A stretch of DNA of 64,000 bases from Nostoc sp. (GTDB lineage: Bacteria; Cyanobacteriota; Cyanobacteriia; Cyanobacteriales; Nostocaceae), in contig JBALDB010000020.1 of NCBI GenBank assembly GCA_036918135.1, positions 1 through 64,000 on the forward strand. The letters run 5' to 3'. The translations under genes were made by a program, and so were the position numbers. The notes beneath the pieces are model-generated. The model did no database searches, was not told the origin of the DNA, and saw only the letters and a list, made by a program, of their open reading frames with translations. Shown here in pieces: positions 20,501 through 29,600 of this stretch. How positions within the stretch are numbered: position 1 is the stretch's first letter; each line of letters starts with the position of its first letter.

Positions 20501-22256
20501 CTCATTAGAAATGGTAGTGGGACTACTAGGCATTCTCAAAGCAGGTGGAGCATATTTACCACTAGATCCTGAGTATCCTACTGAGCGTTTGCGCTTTATG
20601 CTCGAAGATGCTCAAGTTAGGGTGTTGTTGACCCAACAGCGACTCGTTGATAGACTGTCCCAGTGTGAGGCAGGGGAGCAGGGAGTAGGGAGCAGGGGGA
20701 AAGAGGGGGCCTTGAGTTCTCCTGCCTCTTATCAAGTAAACCTCGTTTGTTTGGATACTGACGCTGAGGTGATTTCTCAGTTTACTCAGGATAATCTCAT
20801 TTCTGAAGTACAAGCAACTAATTTAGCTTATGTGATTTATACTTCCGGTTCCACCGGAATACCAAAAGGCGTGATGATTGCTCATCAAAGTTTGTTAAAT
20901 TTGGTGTTCTGGCATCAACGTACTTTTAAAATCACTTCATCAGATAAAGCCACTCAATTAGCAGGGACAGCATTTGATGCTGCGGTTTGGGAATTATGGC
21001 CTTACCTAACAGCAGGCGCAAGTATCCATTTAGTTAAATCTCAGCTACTTAGCTCCCTAGTTAAGCTACGAGACTGGTTGATTTCCAACCAGATTACTAT
21101 CAGTTTTCTATCAACACCACTGGCAGAGGAATTATTATCTTTGGAATGGGCGACTGAAGATTTGGCACTGCGAACCATCCTGACTGGAGGAGATAAGCTT
21201 CAGCAGTATCCATCAGATTCAATACCCTTCCAAGTGGTGAATAATTATGGCCCGACTGAGAATACTGTTGTCACAACTTCTGGGCTGGTAGTTGCCAAAG
21301 AGCAAGAACAGATATCACCGCATATTGGGAGAGCGATCGCCAATACACAAGTCTACATATTAGACGAAAATTTAGAACCCGTGCCTGTGGGTGTGCCAGG
21401 AGAGTTGTACATCGGTGGTGTTGGGTTGGCAAGAGGCTACCTCAATCGTCCAAAGTTGACACAAGAGAAATTCATCTCCAATCCATTTGAGGAGATAGGA
21501 GGGAGTAAATTATATAAAACTGGAGATTTGGTGCGTTACTTACCAAACGGTAATATCGAATACTTAGGACGCATTGACAATCAGGTAAAAATTCGGGGCT
21601 TCCGCATTGAGTTGGGAGAAATTGAAACAGCACTAAGCCAACATGGTAATGTGCAGACATCTTGCGTCATCGCCTGTGAAGAAACTCCAGGTAATAAGCG
21701 TTTAGTTGCCTATGTAGTGCCGCAAAAAGACGTGACACTCATAATGGGCGAACTGCGTCAGTTCCTTGCAGATAAACTGCCTGGGTATATGTTACCAACT
21801 GCTTTTATAATACTAGAGTCTTTACCCCTGACACCTAACGGCAAAGTAGACCGTCACGCTCTGCCTAAGCCAGATTTACAACAGGAACTATCAGATTATG
21901 TAATGCCAAATACAGAAGTAGAAAGAATCATTGCTGGCATTTGGCAAAAAGCATTAGTAATAGAAAAAGTGGGAATTTACAATAATTTCTTTGAGCTAGG
22001 AGGCAATTCATTACTACTAGTAAAAATTAATCAGCAATTACAAGAAGAACTTAGGTTAGAACTGTCAATGGTTGATATGTTTAATTACCCAAATATACAT
22101 AGTTTGAGCCAATATTTGAATACTAAATATCATAAATTAAATGCAATCAAACAAAGTAATTTTCGCACTCAATCTCATAACAAATTTAAAGTTTTAAAGA
22201 GCAAACAATTACAATCCAGGCAACAACATCGCTCTCAGACAAAAGGTATAAAATGA
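14580..22256 (+). CDS. Bimodular NRPS: docking-C-A(Thr) with embedded FkbM-family methyltransferase-T-C-A(Leu)-T
   Basis: Likely start is ATG 14580 (MTNSIIEFL...). C motifs HHIIYDGW and HHIVFDGW. Codes DFWNIGMVHK and DAWFLGNVVK. FkbM motifs IFDVGANIG, AFEPIP, IDLLKIDVEKSE. Confidence 0.92.
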   Translation: MTNSIIEFLDRLSKLNIKLEANGDRLRCHAPEGVLTPALRQEIAGRKTEIMLFLQQAKQVKTAHQLPIQRVPRDGEAPLSFAQQRLWFLHHLSPDSHFYNFLDAQRLYGSLNIIALEQSLSELIRRHEVLRTTFPTVDGQPVQVISPDTALTLPIPNLQGLSAEEQSDRIQQIAKSFASKPFDLAIDPLVQFTLLQLSNQEYVLLLKMHHIIYDGWSLDIFKRELSQLYAAFAQRLPNPLPELPIQYADFAVWQRQWLTGEVLERQLNYWQQQLAGVSGVLELPTDKPRPPVQSFRGRVERFQLDCDLTQRLKQLSQESDATLFMTLLAAFLVLLSRYSGQLDIVVGSPIANRNNKSIQQLIGFFTNTLALRGDLSGNPSFADFLAQVRQTTLSAYAHQDLPFEMLVEKLQPERDLSRNPLVQVMFSLHNTRQSSWDLPGLTIQDMSLPMDEMVRFDLEVHYWEVSGGLEGIWNYSADLFDATTIARIAQHFQTLLQAIVANPQERIAELPLLTIAERHQLLVEWNNTQVDYSSNKCIHQLFEEQCLSTPDAVAVVFGDRQLTYQQLNTRANQLAHYLRSLGVGADVLVGLCVERSLEMMVGLLGILKAGGAYLPLDPEYPQDRLSFMLEDAQVKVLLTQQQLIESLPKHQAHLVCLDTDWEKIAQNSHSNLENTATPSNLAYVIYTSGSTGKPKGVLVNHANVVRLFAATDSWYNFNQDDVWTMFHSYAFDFSVWEIWGALLYGGRLVVVPYLVRRDPESFYELLCQQKVTVLNQTPSAFRQLIQAEQSMVTVSDLNLRLVIFGGEALEPKSLQPWFERHGDQLPQLVNMYGITETTVHVTYRPLSKADLHGTASVIGRPILDLQVYVLDEHQQPVPIGVGGEMYVGGEGVARGYLNRHELTQQRFISHPFSKNPQGRLYKTGDKARYLPNGELEYLGRIDQQVKIRGFRIELGEIEAALTQHLAVGETIVIAREDDPGNKRLVAYIVPDQKYAFPILQLLRFQNKSLSDEGLLYKLPNGMMIAHLNKNETEFVYKELWEEQTYLKHGITINEGDCIFDVGANIGLFTLFVGQICKDVSIYAFEPIPPVFDLLRTNAENYSLNVKLFNLGLSSETKSDTFTYYPQVSVISGRFADADQEREVIKSFLLKQQNIVENEAEISSQAIDELLTERLQSQQFTCQLRTISDVMREHGVEKIDLLKIDVEKSEQDVLSGIQQEDWQKIKQIVVEVHNINGRLEEITALLKKHGYDLTIEQDALLEDTVLYNIYARRPFINQYLLKEPDSELVSDRVKPTWIDVSSLLSEFRHFLQKKLPEYMMPSAFVLLESLPLTSNGKVDRNALPKPDLDSTLLEKYVAPRTPIEEILAQIWAQVLKVERVGIDDNFFESGGHSLLATQLLSRIRNIFKLELPLHSLFAAATVAKFAQEIKQLQQQNLELSTPPILRRANDAELPLSFAQQRLWFLDQLQPLSAFYNVPVALRLVGTLEVAALQQSLIEIIHRHEALRTNFIKVDGKPIQVIRGLGTEDWGLGIISVIDLTHLPTTEQEIALEQLLQQQAQRPFDLASESLLRATLVVLSQTEHALLVCMHHIVFDGWSVDVFVQELAALYNAYSQGQPSLLAPLPIQYADFAIWQRNWLQGDVLQSQLSYWQQQLANAPALLSLPTDRPRPSVQTFAGAYQQFALPIELTDRLVKLSQEQGCTLFMTLLAAYNTLLYRYTGQSDILVGTPIANRDRSEIEGLIGFFVNTLVMRSNLAGNPSFLQLLSRVREVALSAYAHQNLPFEMLVEALQPERDLSYTPLFQVMFALQNASTSQVELTGLSVTPLLAEGATAKFDLSLLMQNTATGLVGFWEYNTDLFDASTIERMTSHFVTLLESIITNSEQQISQLPLLTQTEQQQLLVEWNDTSVDYPQDLCIHQLFEEQVQLTPDAVAVVFENEQLTYQQLNNRANQLAHYLKSLGVGADVLVGICVERSLEMVVGLLGILKAGGAYLPLDPEYPTERLRFMLEDAQVRVLLTQQRLVDRLSQCEAGEQGVGSRGKEGALSSPASYQVNLVCLDTDAEVISQFTQDNLISEVQATNLAYVIYTSGSTGIPKGVMIAHQSLLNLVFWHQRTFKITSSDKATQLAGTAFDAAVWELWPYLTAGASIHLVKSQLLSSLVKLRDWLISNQITISFLSTPLAEELLSLEWATEDLALRTILTGGDKLQQYPSDSIPFQVVNNYGPTENTVVTTSGLVVAKEQEQISPHIGRAIANTQVYILDENLEPVPVGVPGELYIGGVGLARGYLNRPKLTQEKFISNPFEEIGGSKLYKTGDLVRYLPNGNIEYLGRIDNQVKIRGFRIELGEIETALSQHGNVQTSCVIACEETPGNKRLVAYVVPQKDVTLIMGELRQFLADKLPGYMLPTAFIILESLPLTPNGKVDRHALPKPDLQQELSDYVMPNTEVERIIAGIWQKALVIEKVGIYNNFFELGGNSLLLVKINQQLQEELRLELSMVDMFNYPNIHSLSQYLNTKYHKLNAIKQSNFRTQSHNKFKVLKSKQLQSRQQHRSQTKGIK
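19141..19172 (+). repeat. Heptamer STRR (GGGGACT)n inside an NRPS C domain
   Basis: GGGGACT GGGGACT GAGGACT GGGGACT GGGA encodes the extra segment GLGTEDWGLG. Confidence 0.8.
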
Positions 22257-25200
22257 CAGTAGATTCAGTACATATCAATAATGAATTTAACGGTTCTGAA
22301 ATAGCAATAATTGCTGTTGCTGGTCGATTTCCTGGTGCAGAAGATATTGAATCATTTTGGCAAAATTTACGAGATGGTATAGAATCTATCTCGTGGCTAA
22401 CAGATGAGGAATTGATAAAATCTGGTGTTCCTCAAGATTTACTGAATAACCCTAATTATGTAAAAGCTAGTGCAGTTATATCAGATATTGAATTTTTTGA
22501 TGCAAATTTCTTTGCTTATAGCGCCAAAGAAGCTGAGTTAATAGACCCACAACAACGTCTATTTTTAGAATTGGCTTGGGAAGCAATAGAAAAAGCCGGT
22601 TATGACCCGCAAACATACAGTGGTTTAATCGGGGTTTATGGTGGTGTAGGTATGAGTAGGTATTTGCTCAACAATCTGATTCCTCATCATCAATTATCAG
22701 AAACAATCGATCCTCTGCAATTAGCAATCTCCAACGATAAAGATTTTTTACCGACACGAGTTGCATATAAGCTTAACTTGACTGGGCCGGCAGTAAATGT
22801 GCAAACAGCCTGTTCTACTTCTTTGGTTGCTGTTCATGTAGCTTGTCAAGGTCTGTTAAATGGTGAATGTGACATAGCTTTAGCTGGTGGAGTTACTCTA
22901 AGCATTCCTCAAAAAATAGGCTATTTGCATCAAGAGGGAATGATTCTTTCTCCTGATGGACACTGCCGTACTTTTGATGCTAAAGCACAAGGAACAATTC
23001 CAGGGAGCGGTGCTGGTATTGTGGTATTGAAAAGATTGAAGGATGCAATTGGCGATCGCGACCACATCCATGCAATCATTAAAGGCTCAGCAATTAATAA
23101 TGATGGTGCAATAAAAGTCGGCTACACTGCTCCTAGTGTGAGCGGTCAAGCAGCAGTCATTGGCGAGGCTCAAGCTATAGCTGGTGTAGATGCCGAAACA
23201 ATTTCCTACATCGAAGCTCATGGCACTGCTACACCTTTAGGAGATCCGATTGAAATTGCAGCTTTAACTCAAGCTTTTAGGCAAACTACCGATAAAAAAG
23301 GTTTCTGCGCTATTGGTTCGCTAAAAACCAACTTAGGACATTTAGATACAGCAGCAGGTGTGGCAGGTTTGATTAAGACGGTATTAGCACTCGAACATAA
23401 AATGCTGCCTCCCAGTTTGCACTACCAGACACCTAACCCCAAAATTGATTTTGCTAACAGTCCTTTTTATGTCAATACAACTTTGACAGAATGGAAAACA
23501 AACAACAATACCCCTCGTCGTGCTGGGGTTAGTTCTTTTGGTATGGGGGGTACGAATGCTCATGTAATTTTAGAGGAAGCACCAACTCAATTCAAAATTC
23601 AAGTTGCGCTTTCAGCGCACCAAAGGTGCGACTCAAAATTCAAAAATAAATATTTATTGTTATGTTTATCGGCTAAGACTGCAACTGCGCTGGAGAAGGC
23701 GACGGCTAATTTAATTACGCATTTAAAAGAGCATCCTGAGCTTAACTTGAATGATGTCGCTTATACCCTCAATAGCGGTCGTCGGGGTTTTAACTACCGA
23801 CGGATGTTAATTTGTCACTACTTAGAAGATGCTGTTAAAGGTCTAGAGTCAAAACAAGTATTTACCAACTATACAGAGATTACAGAACGCCCTGTAGTCT
23901 TTATGTTTCCTGGTCAAGGTTCTCAATACGTCAACATGGCGCGGGAGATTTATGAAACCCAGACAGTATTTAGAGAACAAGTTGATTATTGTTCAGAAAT
24001 TCTGAAACCCTTACTAGGGCTAGATTTACGTCATATTATTTACCCCAGCGATTCCAAAATTGATGAAGCATCAAAGCAACTTCAACAAACAAAAATTGCC
24101 CAAAGCGCTATTTTTGTAATTGAGTATGCCCTAGCTAAATTATGGCAGTCTTATGGAGTGGAGCCACAAGCTGCGATCGGTCACAGTATAGGCGAATATG
24201 TTGCAGCAACTCTAGCAGAAGTATTTTCTCTAGAGGATGCCTTATCGCTGGTAGTAGCACGCGGACAGATGATGCAGCAACTACCTACTGGAGCAATGCT
24301 TTCTGTTCCCCTACCCGCAGACAATGTAACATCTCTATTAGGTTCAGAACTTTCTGTTGCTGCGATTAATCAACCCTCGCAATGTGTAGTTTCCGGTTCC
24401 ATAGCAGCAATAGATACACTGCAAAATCAGTTAGCTGCTCAAGGGATTGAATGTCGCCGTCTGCATACATCCCATGCCTTCCATTCGCAAATGATGGAGC
24501 CAATTTTAGAGGCATTTGCAGAAAGAGTCAAAAAAGTTACTTTAAATAGCCCAAAACTTCCTTATATCTCCAACTTAACTGGTACTTGGATTACAGTTAG
24601 CCAAGCCACAAATCCTGAATATTACGCTCAACATCTGCGTTCAACAGTGCTGTTTGCCTCTGGTGTAGAGAAATTATTGGCAACACCTGAGCAAGTTTTA
24701 CTAGAGGTAGGGCCAGGAAACACACTAGCTACATTAGCTAAAAGACATCCAGACAAAGCACTTGCACAAACAGTGTTGACTTCAGTACGTCATCCTCAAG
24801 AAAAGCAATCCGATAGTTGTGTTTTATTTAACACATTTGGTCAACTCTGGTTGGCTGGTGTCAAGGTAGATTGGTTTGGATTTTATAGTCAGGATGAGTA
24901 TTATCGTCTTCCCTTACCAACTTATCCATTTGAGCGCCAACGTTATTGGATTGAACCACCACAACAAGCAGCTTGGGAACAATCGCAAATGCCCACAACT
25001 TCACAACTGTGGACATTGCTCCTACAAGCAGGTCAAAAGCAAGCGAGTGTGAGAAATGCAGAACTCAACGAGTTAACATATCAAGAGAATAAACAGTGGC
25101 TAGAGCGTTTATCTACAGCCTACATTAACTTTGCATTTAAGCAATTAGGAGCTTTTGGCAATCCCCAAGAAAAATATTCTTTGGAGAGTTTGCTGGCGCA

Positions 25201-26536
25201 ATGCAGTATTTCTCCTCGCTATCAGCAATTAATGTCTAGGTGGTTGCAAATATTGGTTGAACAAGGACAATTACAGCAGCATCAGGGAATATTTACTGGG
25301 CTAGTGCCATGCTCACAAGATTATATCAATGAACATTTAGCAGAAGTTAAAGCGAGGTTTGCTGCTTCATCTTTAGTAAATTTAGATTTAGTGCAACGCT
25401 GTGGTGAAAATTTAGCTGCTATTGTTGCTGGCGAACAAGAACCATTAGAGATTTTCAATGAACTGATTTATAAAAAAGAAAACAACGGTTCACATCCAGA
25501 ATCTCCCTTAAATACTTACTACAACTCTATCTTGTCCTCCAGTTTAAAACAGGTGGTCAAGTCATTGCCATCATCCGTTCATCTGAGAGTTCTAGAAATC
25601 GGCGCAGGTACTGGTTTATCTACAGAAGTATTACTACCTGTGTTGCCACCCAAACAAACCGAATATACTTTTACTGATATTGGTAGCGGCTTCCTGACTC
25701 AAGCCCAACATAAGTTTCAGGACTATCCATTTGTTGAATATCGATTACTAGACATAGACAAGTCACCAACCCAGCAAGGGTTTGAGAAGTACAGCTTTGA
25801 TGTCATCATAGCCGCAAATGTGTTGCACGCTACTCGTAATATAGAGCAAACCCTGAACCATGTACGCTCTTTATTAGCTCCTGGCGGTTTCCTCTTATTG
25901 TGGGAAATAACTCAGCCTAAAATAGACTTTGATATTAGTTGGGGTTTGCTGTTAAAACCTTTAGATGATAAAAGACGCAGCCCAGGTCAACCTTTTATTA
26001 TTAAAGACCAGTGGTTTGAAGCATTACGCGCTCAAGATTTTGTTCAAGTTGCTGCTTTTCCTGAAACTGAAGCTTTTGAGTATCAGATTATTATGGCTAT
26101 TGCTTCTGCATTAACCGCATTTAGTAAAAAATCTGGGCAAAAAGAAACTGACTCTAAATTAGAGAGTTCAGTACAAAGAAAGATGGATATTGTTCAGCCA
26201 GAAAATTTAACTGCACTCCACTCAAGACCTAATTTACCCAATTCTTATGTAGCTCCTCGTGATGAGATTGAGCAAAAAATTGCTGATATCTGGCAGGAAT
26301 TATTGGGAATTAAACATATAGGAATTAATGATAACTTTTTTGACTTAGGAGGAGATTCTTTAATAGCTGTTCAAATTTTATCCCGATTAAGACAGACTTT
26401 TTCTATTCAATTAACTGTAGCAAGTTTACTTGAGTCTCCTACAATAGCTGAAATAGCACCAAAGCTAGCAGTAAGGCAACAACTAAAACAAAATACTAAG
26501 AGGGGTGCACTTGGTAGAGAAAAAATAGAAATATGA
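22253..26536 (+). CDS. Type I PKS module KS-AT(malonyl)-C-methyltransferase-ACP, with no KR
   Basis: KS motifs TACSTSLVAVH, EAHGTAT, NLGHLD, and the NDKD motif typical of KSs downstream of an NRPS. AT motifs GHSIGE and HAFHS. MT motifs LEIGAGTG and ANVLHAT. ACP GGDSL. Confidence 0.92.
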   Translation: MTVDSVHINNEFNGSEIAIIAVAGRFPGAEDIESFWQNLRDGIESISWLTDEELIKSGVPQDLLNNPNYVKASAVISDIEFFDANFFAYSAKEAELIDPQQRLFLELAWEAIEKAGYDPQTYSGLIGVYGGVGMSRYLLNNLIPHHQLSETIDPLQLAISNDKDFLPTRVAYKLNLTGPAVNVQTACSTSLVAVHVACQGLLNGECDIALAGGVTLSIPQKIGYLHQEGMILSPDGHCRTFDAKAQGTIPGSGAGIVVLKRLKDAIGDRDHIHAIIKGSAINNDGAIKVGYTAPSVSGQAAVIGEAQAIAGVDAETISYIEAHGTATPLGDPIEIAALTQAFRQTTDKKGFCAIGSLKTNLGHLDTAAGVAGLIKTVLALEHKMLPPSLHYQTPNPKIDFANSPFYVNTTLTEWKTNNNTPRRAGVSSFGMGGTNAHVILEEAPTQFKIQVALSAHQRCDSKFKNKYLLLCLSAKTATALEKATANLITHLKEHPELNLNDVAYTLNSGRRGFNYRRMLICHYLEDAVKGLESKQVFTNYTEITERPVVFMFPGQGSQYVNMAREIYETQTVFREQVDYCSEILKPLLGLDLRHIIYPSDSKIDEASKQLQQTKIAQSAIFVIEYALAKLWQSYGVEPQAAIGHSIGEYVAATLAEVFSLEDALSLVVARGQMMQQLPTGAMLSVPLPADNVTSLLGSELSVAAINQPSQCVVSGSIAAIDTLQNQLAAQGIECRRLHTSHAFHSQMMEPILEAFAERVKKVTLNSPKLPYISNLTGTWITVSQATNPEYYAQHLRSTVLFASGVEKLLATPEQVLLEVGPGNTLATLAKRHPDKALAQTVLTSVRHPQEKQSDSCVLFNTFGQLWLAGVKVDWFGFYSQDEYYRLPLPTYPFERQRYWIEPPQQAAWEQSQMPTTSQLWTLLLQAGQKQASVRNAELNELTYQENKQWLERLSTAYINFAFKQLGAFGNPQEKYSLESLLAQCSISPRYQQLMSRWLQILVEQGQLQQHQGIFTGLVPCSQDYINEHLAEVKARFAASSLVNLDLVQRCGENLAAIVAGEQEPLEIFNELIYKKENNGSHPESPLNTYYNSILSSSLKQVVKSLPSSVHLRVLEIGAGTGLSTEVLLPVLPPKQTEYTFTDIGSGFLTQAQHKFQDYPFVEYRLLDIDKSPTQQGFEKYSFDVIIAANVLHATRNIEQTLNHVRSLLAPGGFLLLWEITQPKIDFDISWGLLLKPLDDKRRSPGQPFIIKDQWFEALRAQDFVQVAAFPETEAFEYQIIMAIASALTAFSKKSGQKETDSKLESSVQRKMDIVQPENLTALHSRPNLPNSYVAPRDEIEQKIADIWQELLGIKHIGINDNFFDLGGDSLIAVQILSRLRQTFSIQLTVASLLESPTIAEIAPKLAVRQQLKQNTKRGALGREKIEI

Positions 26537-26640
26537 GCAATTTGAAAGAGTTTTCATATGAATATTGAATATAACAAAATAAGTTGTGATTAGCTCACAC
26601 ATTCTGCTGAACTTGTTGACAATATGAAGGATATGATTCT

Positions 26641-29600
26641 ATGAATCTCAAACAATTTATAGTAGAACTCTCTCATCAGGATGTGGAGCTGTGGGTTGAA
26701 GGTGATGCCTGCGGCGGGCAAAGCCTACGCTTGTGCATTGATGCTCCAGAGGGAGTATTGACAGCAGAAACTCGTAACTTATTAGCTCAGAATAAAGCAG
26801 AACTTATTTTGTTGCTGAAAGAGAAAAATGCAGATACCGATACAGATTTACCCCTAATTAAAACTGAGCGTCCTCAGAACATACCTCTGTCTTTTGCCCA
26901 AGAACAACTCTGGTTATTAAACCAGTTGGAACCAGACAACCCCTTCTACAACGAACAAGTATCTCTGAAACTTCACGGACGCTTGAACATCGTAGCGTTA
27001 GAGCAAAGCTTCAACAAAATTATCTCTCGCCACGAAGTTTTACGTACCAACTTCTGGCTCATCAACGAGCAGCCAGTCCAAGTAATTGCTGACAGCTTAG
27101 ATTTAAGGATGACAGTAGTAGATTTAATAAATTTACCTGAATCTGAGAGAGAAATTGCTTGCCAAAAATTAGCTGCAAAACAAGCTAATCAACCTTTTGA
27201 CCTGGCTAATTCTCCTTTAATCCGAGCTTACGTGGTTAAAATCACTGAGGTAGAACACGTCTTTATACTCACAATACACCACATTGTTTTTGATGGTTGG
27301 TCAATGGGTGTAATCATGCGGGAATTAGCAACTATTTACTCCGATATCTGCAATAATAATTTGTCCCCAGAGCTACCCGATCTGCCAATTCAGTATGCCG
27401 ACTTTGCTATTTGGCAACGGCAATGTTTGCAAGCAGAAGTCCTGCAAACGCAGCTTGACTACTGGAAGCAACAACTCAAAAACGCTCCCACCTTACTAGA
27501 ATTACCCACAGACAAACCAAGACCAGCAATTCAAACTTTCCAGGGTGCAACTCAATATATAGAATTTTCCAGCCAACTGAGTCAAAAGCTTGCAAATCTC
27601 AGTAGGCAAGAGGGAGTTACCCTATACATGACGCTGTTGGCAGCTTATGTTACCTTACTTTATCGCTACACAGGCTCGGATGACATTGTAGTAGGTACGC
27701 CTCTTGCTAAACGCGATCGCTTGGAAATTGAAGGGTTAATTGGCTTTTTTGTCAATACCTTAGTGCTACGTACCGATTTATCGGGCAACCCCAGCTTTCA
27801 GGAATTACTGAAGAGAGTCCGGCAGGTGACACTGGAAGCCTATGCTCATCCAGACCTCCCCTTTGAGGAGTTAGTCAAAGCATTGCAGCCACAACGCGAC
27901 CTCAGCCATACACCACTGTTTCAGGTGATGTTTATCCTCGAAAGTGCGCCCACGTCTGAAGTAGAAATGAGTGGGTTAACTGTAAGTTCATTTGCGGCAG
28001 AAAGGACAATTGCTAAGTTTGATTTGACTCTATTCATAAAAAACACTGCTAATGGGTTGGTAGCTGCGTGGCAATACAACACTGACTTATTTGATTCACC
28101 TACTATTGAGCGCATGGCAGGTCATTTTGTCACCTTGTTAGAAGGTGTAATTGCCAATCCCCAGCAGCCAATTTACCAATTGCCCCTGCTGACAGAAGCC
28201 GAACAACGAAAATTACTTGTCGAGTGGAACGATACTCAAACAGAGTATCCCATTAATAAATCTATCCCTCAGTTGTTTGAGGAGCAGTGTTTGAATACAC
28301 CTGATGCAGTGGCGGTGGAGTTTGGTAATCAACGACTGACCTACAATGAATTGAACTGTTGTGCTAACCATCTGGCGCATTACCTTAAGTCCTTGGGAGT
28401 AAAAGCCGATGTGTTAGTTGGGTTATGTGTCGAACGTTCCTTAGAAATGGTTGTGGGACTGTTGAGTATTCTGAAAGCAGGTGGTGCTTATGTACCACTC
28501 GATCCAAACTATCCTCAAGAGCGTTTGGCTTTCATGTTAGAAGATGCTCAAGTTCCAGTATTGCTAACCCACCAGCCACTTGTTGACAAACTACCCCAGC
28601 ATCAAGCACAACTTGTTTGTTTAGATACTGATTGGCAACTGATTTCCCAGTCGAGTCAGGACAATATTATCTCTGGTGTGCAAGCGGATAACTTAGGGTA
28701 TGTAATTTACACTTCTGGTTCTACAGGTAAGCCCAAGGGTGTAGCCATGAATCAGCTTCCTCTTTGCAACCTGATCTTATGGCAACTGCAAAACACGACA
28801 GTTTCTCATGGGGCAAAAACCTTGCAATTTGCTCCTATCAGCTTTGATGTCTCCTTCCAAGAAATGTTCTCTACTTGGTGTTCTGGCGGCACATTACTGT
28901 TGATTACAGAGGAATTGCGCCGTGATGCCTTGGCTTTGTTAGGTTTTCTCGAAGAAAAGGCTGTTGAAAGATTGTTCCTTCCCTTTGTTGCGTTACAGCA
29001 ACTAGCTGAAGTCGCTGTTGGTAGTGAATTAGTTGTGAGTCATCTACGAGAAATTATTACTGCTGGGGAACAGTTGCAGATTACTCCAGCGATTTCTCAA
29101 TGGTTGGGCAAACTAGATGATTGTATTCTACATAATCATTATGGGCCATCGGAAAGTCATGTAGTTACTAATTTTACACTAGCTGATTCAGTGGAAAATT
29201 GGTCGTTACTTCCTCCAATTGGAAAACCAATTGCCAATACACAAATTCATATTTTAGATAAATATTTACAGCCTGTACCTATCGGTGTGCCAGGAGAATT
29301 GTACATCGGTGGTGTCTCTCTAGCTAGAGGCTACCTCAACCGTCTAGAGTTGACACAGGAAAAATTTATATTTAATCCATTTGACAAGTCAGGAGGGAGT
29401 AGATTATACAAAACGGGAGATTTAGTATGCTATTTACAAGATGGCAATATTGAATACTTGGGACGCATCGATAACCAAGTAAAAATGCGCGGTTTCCGCA
29501 TCGAGTTAGGCGAAGTTGAAGCAGCTTTAAACCAACATAGTGATGTACAAGCCGTTTGTGTCATTCCCCGCGAAGATACTCCTGGTGATAAACGTTTAGT

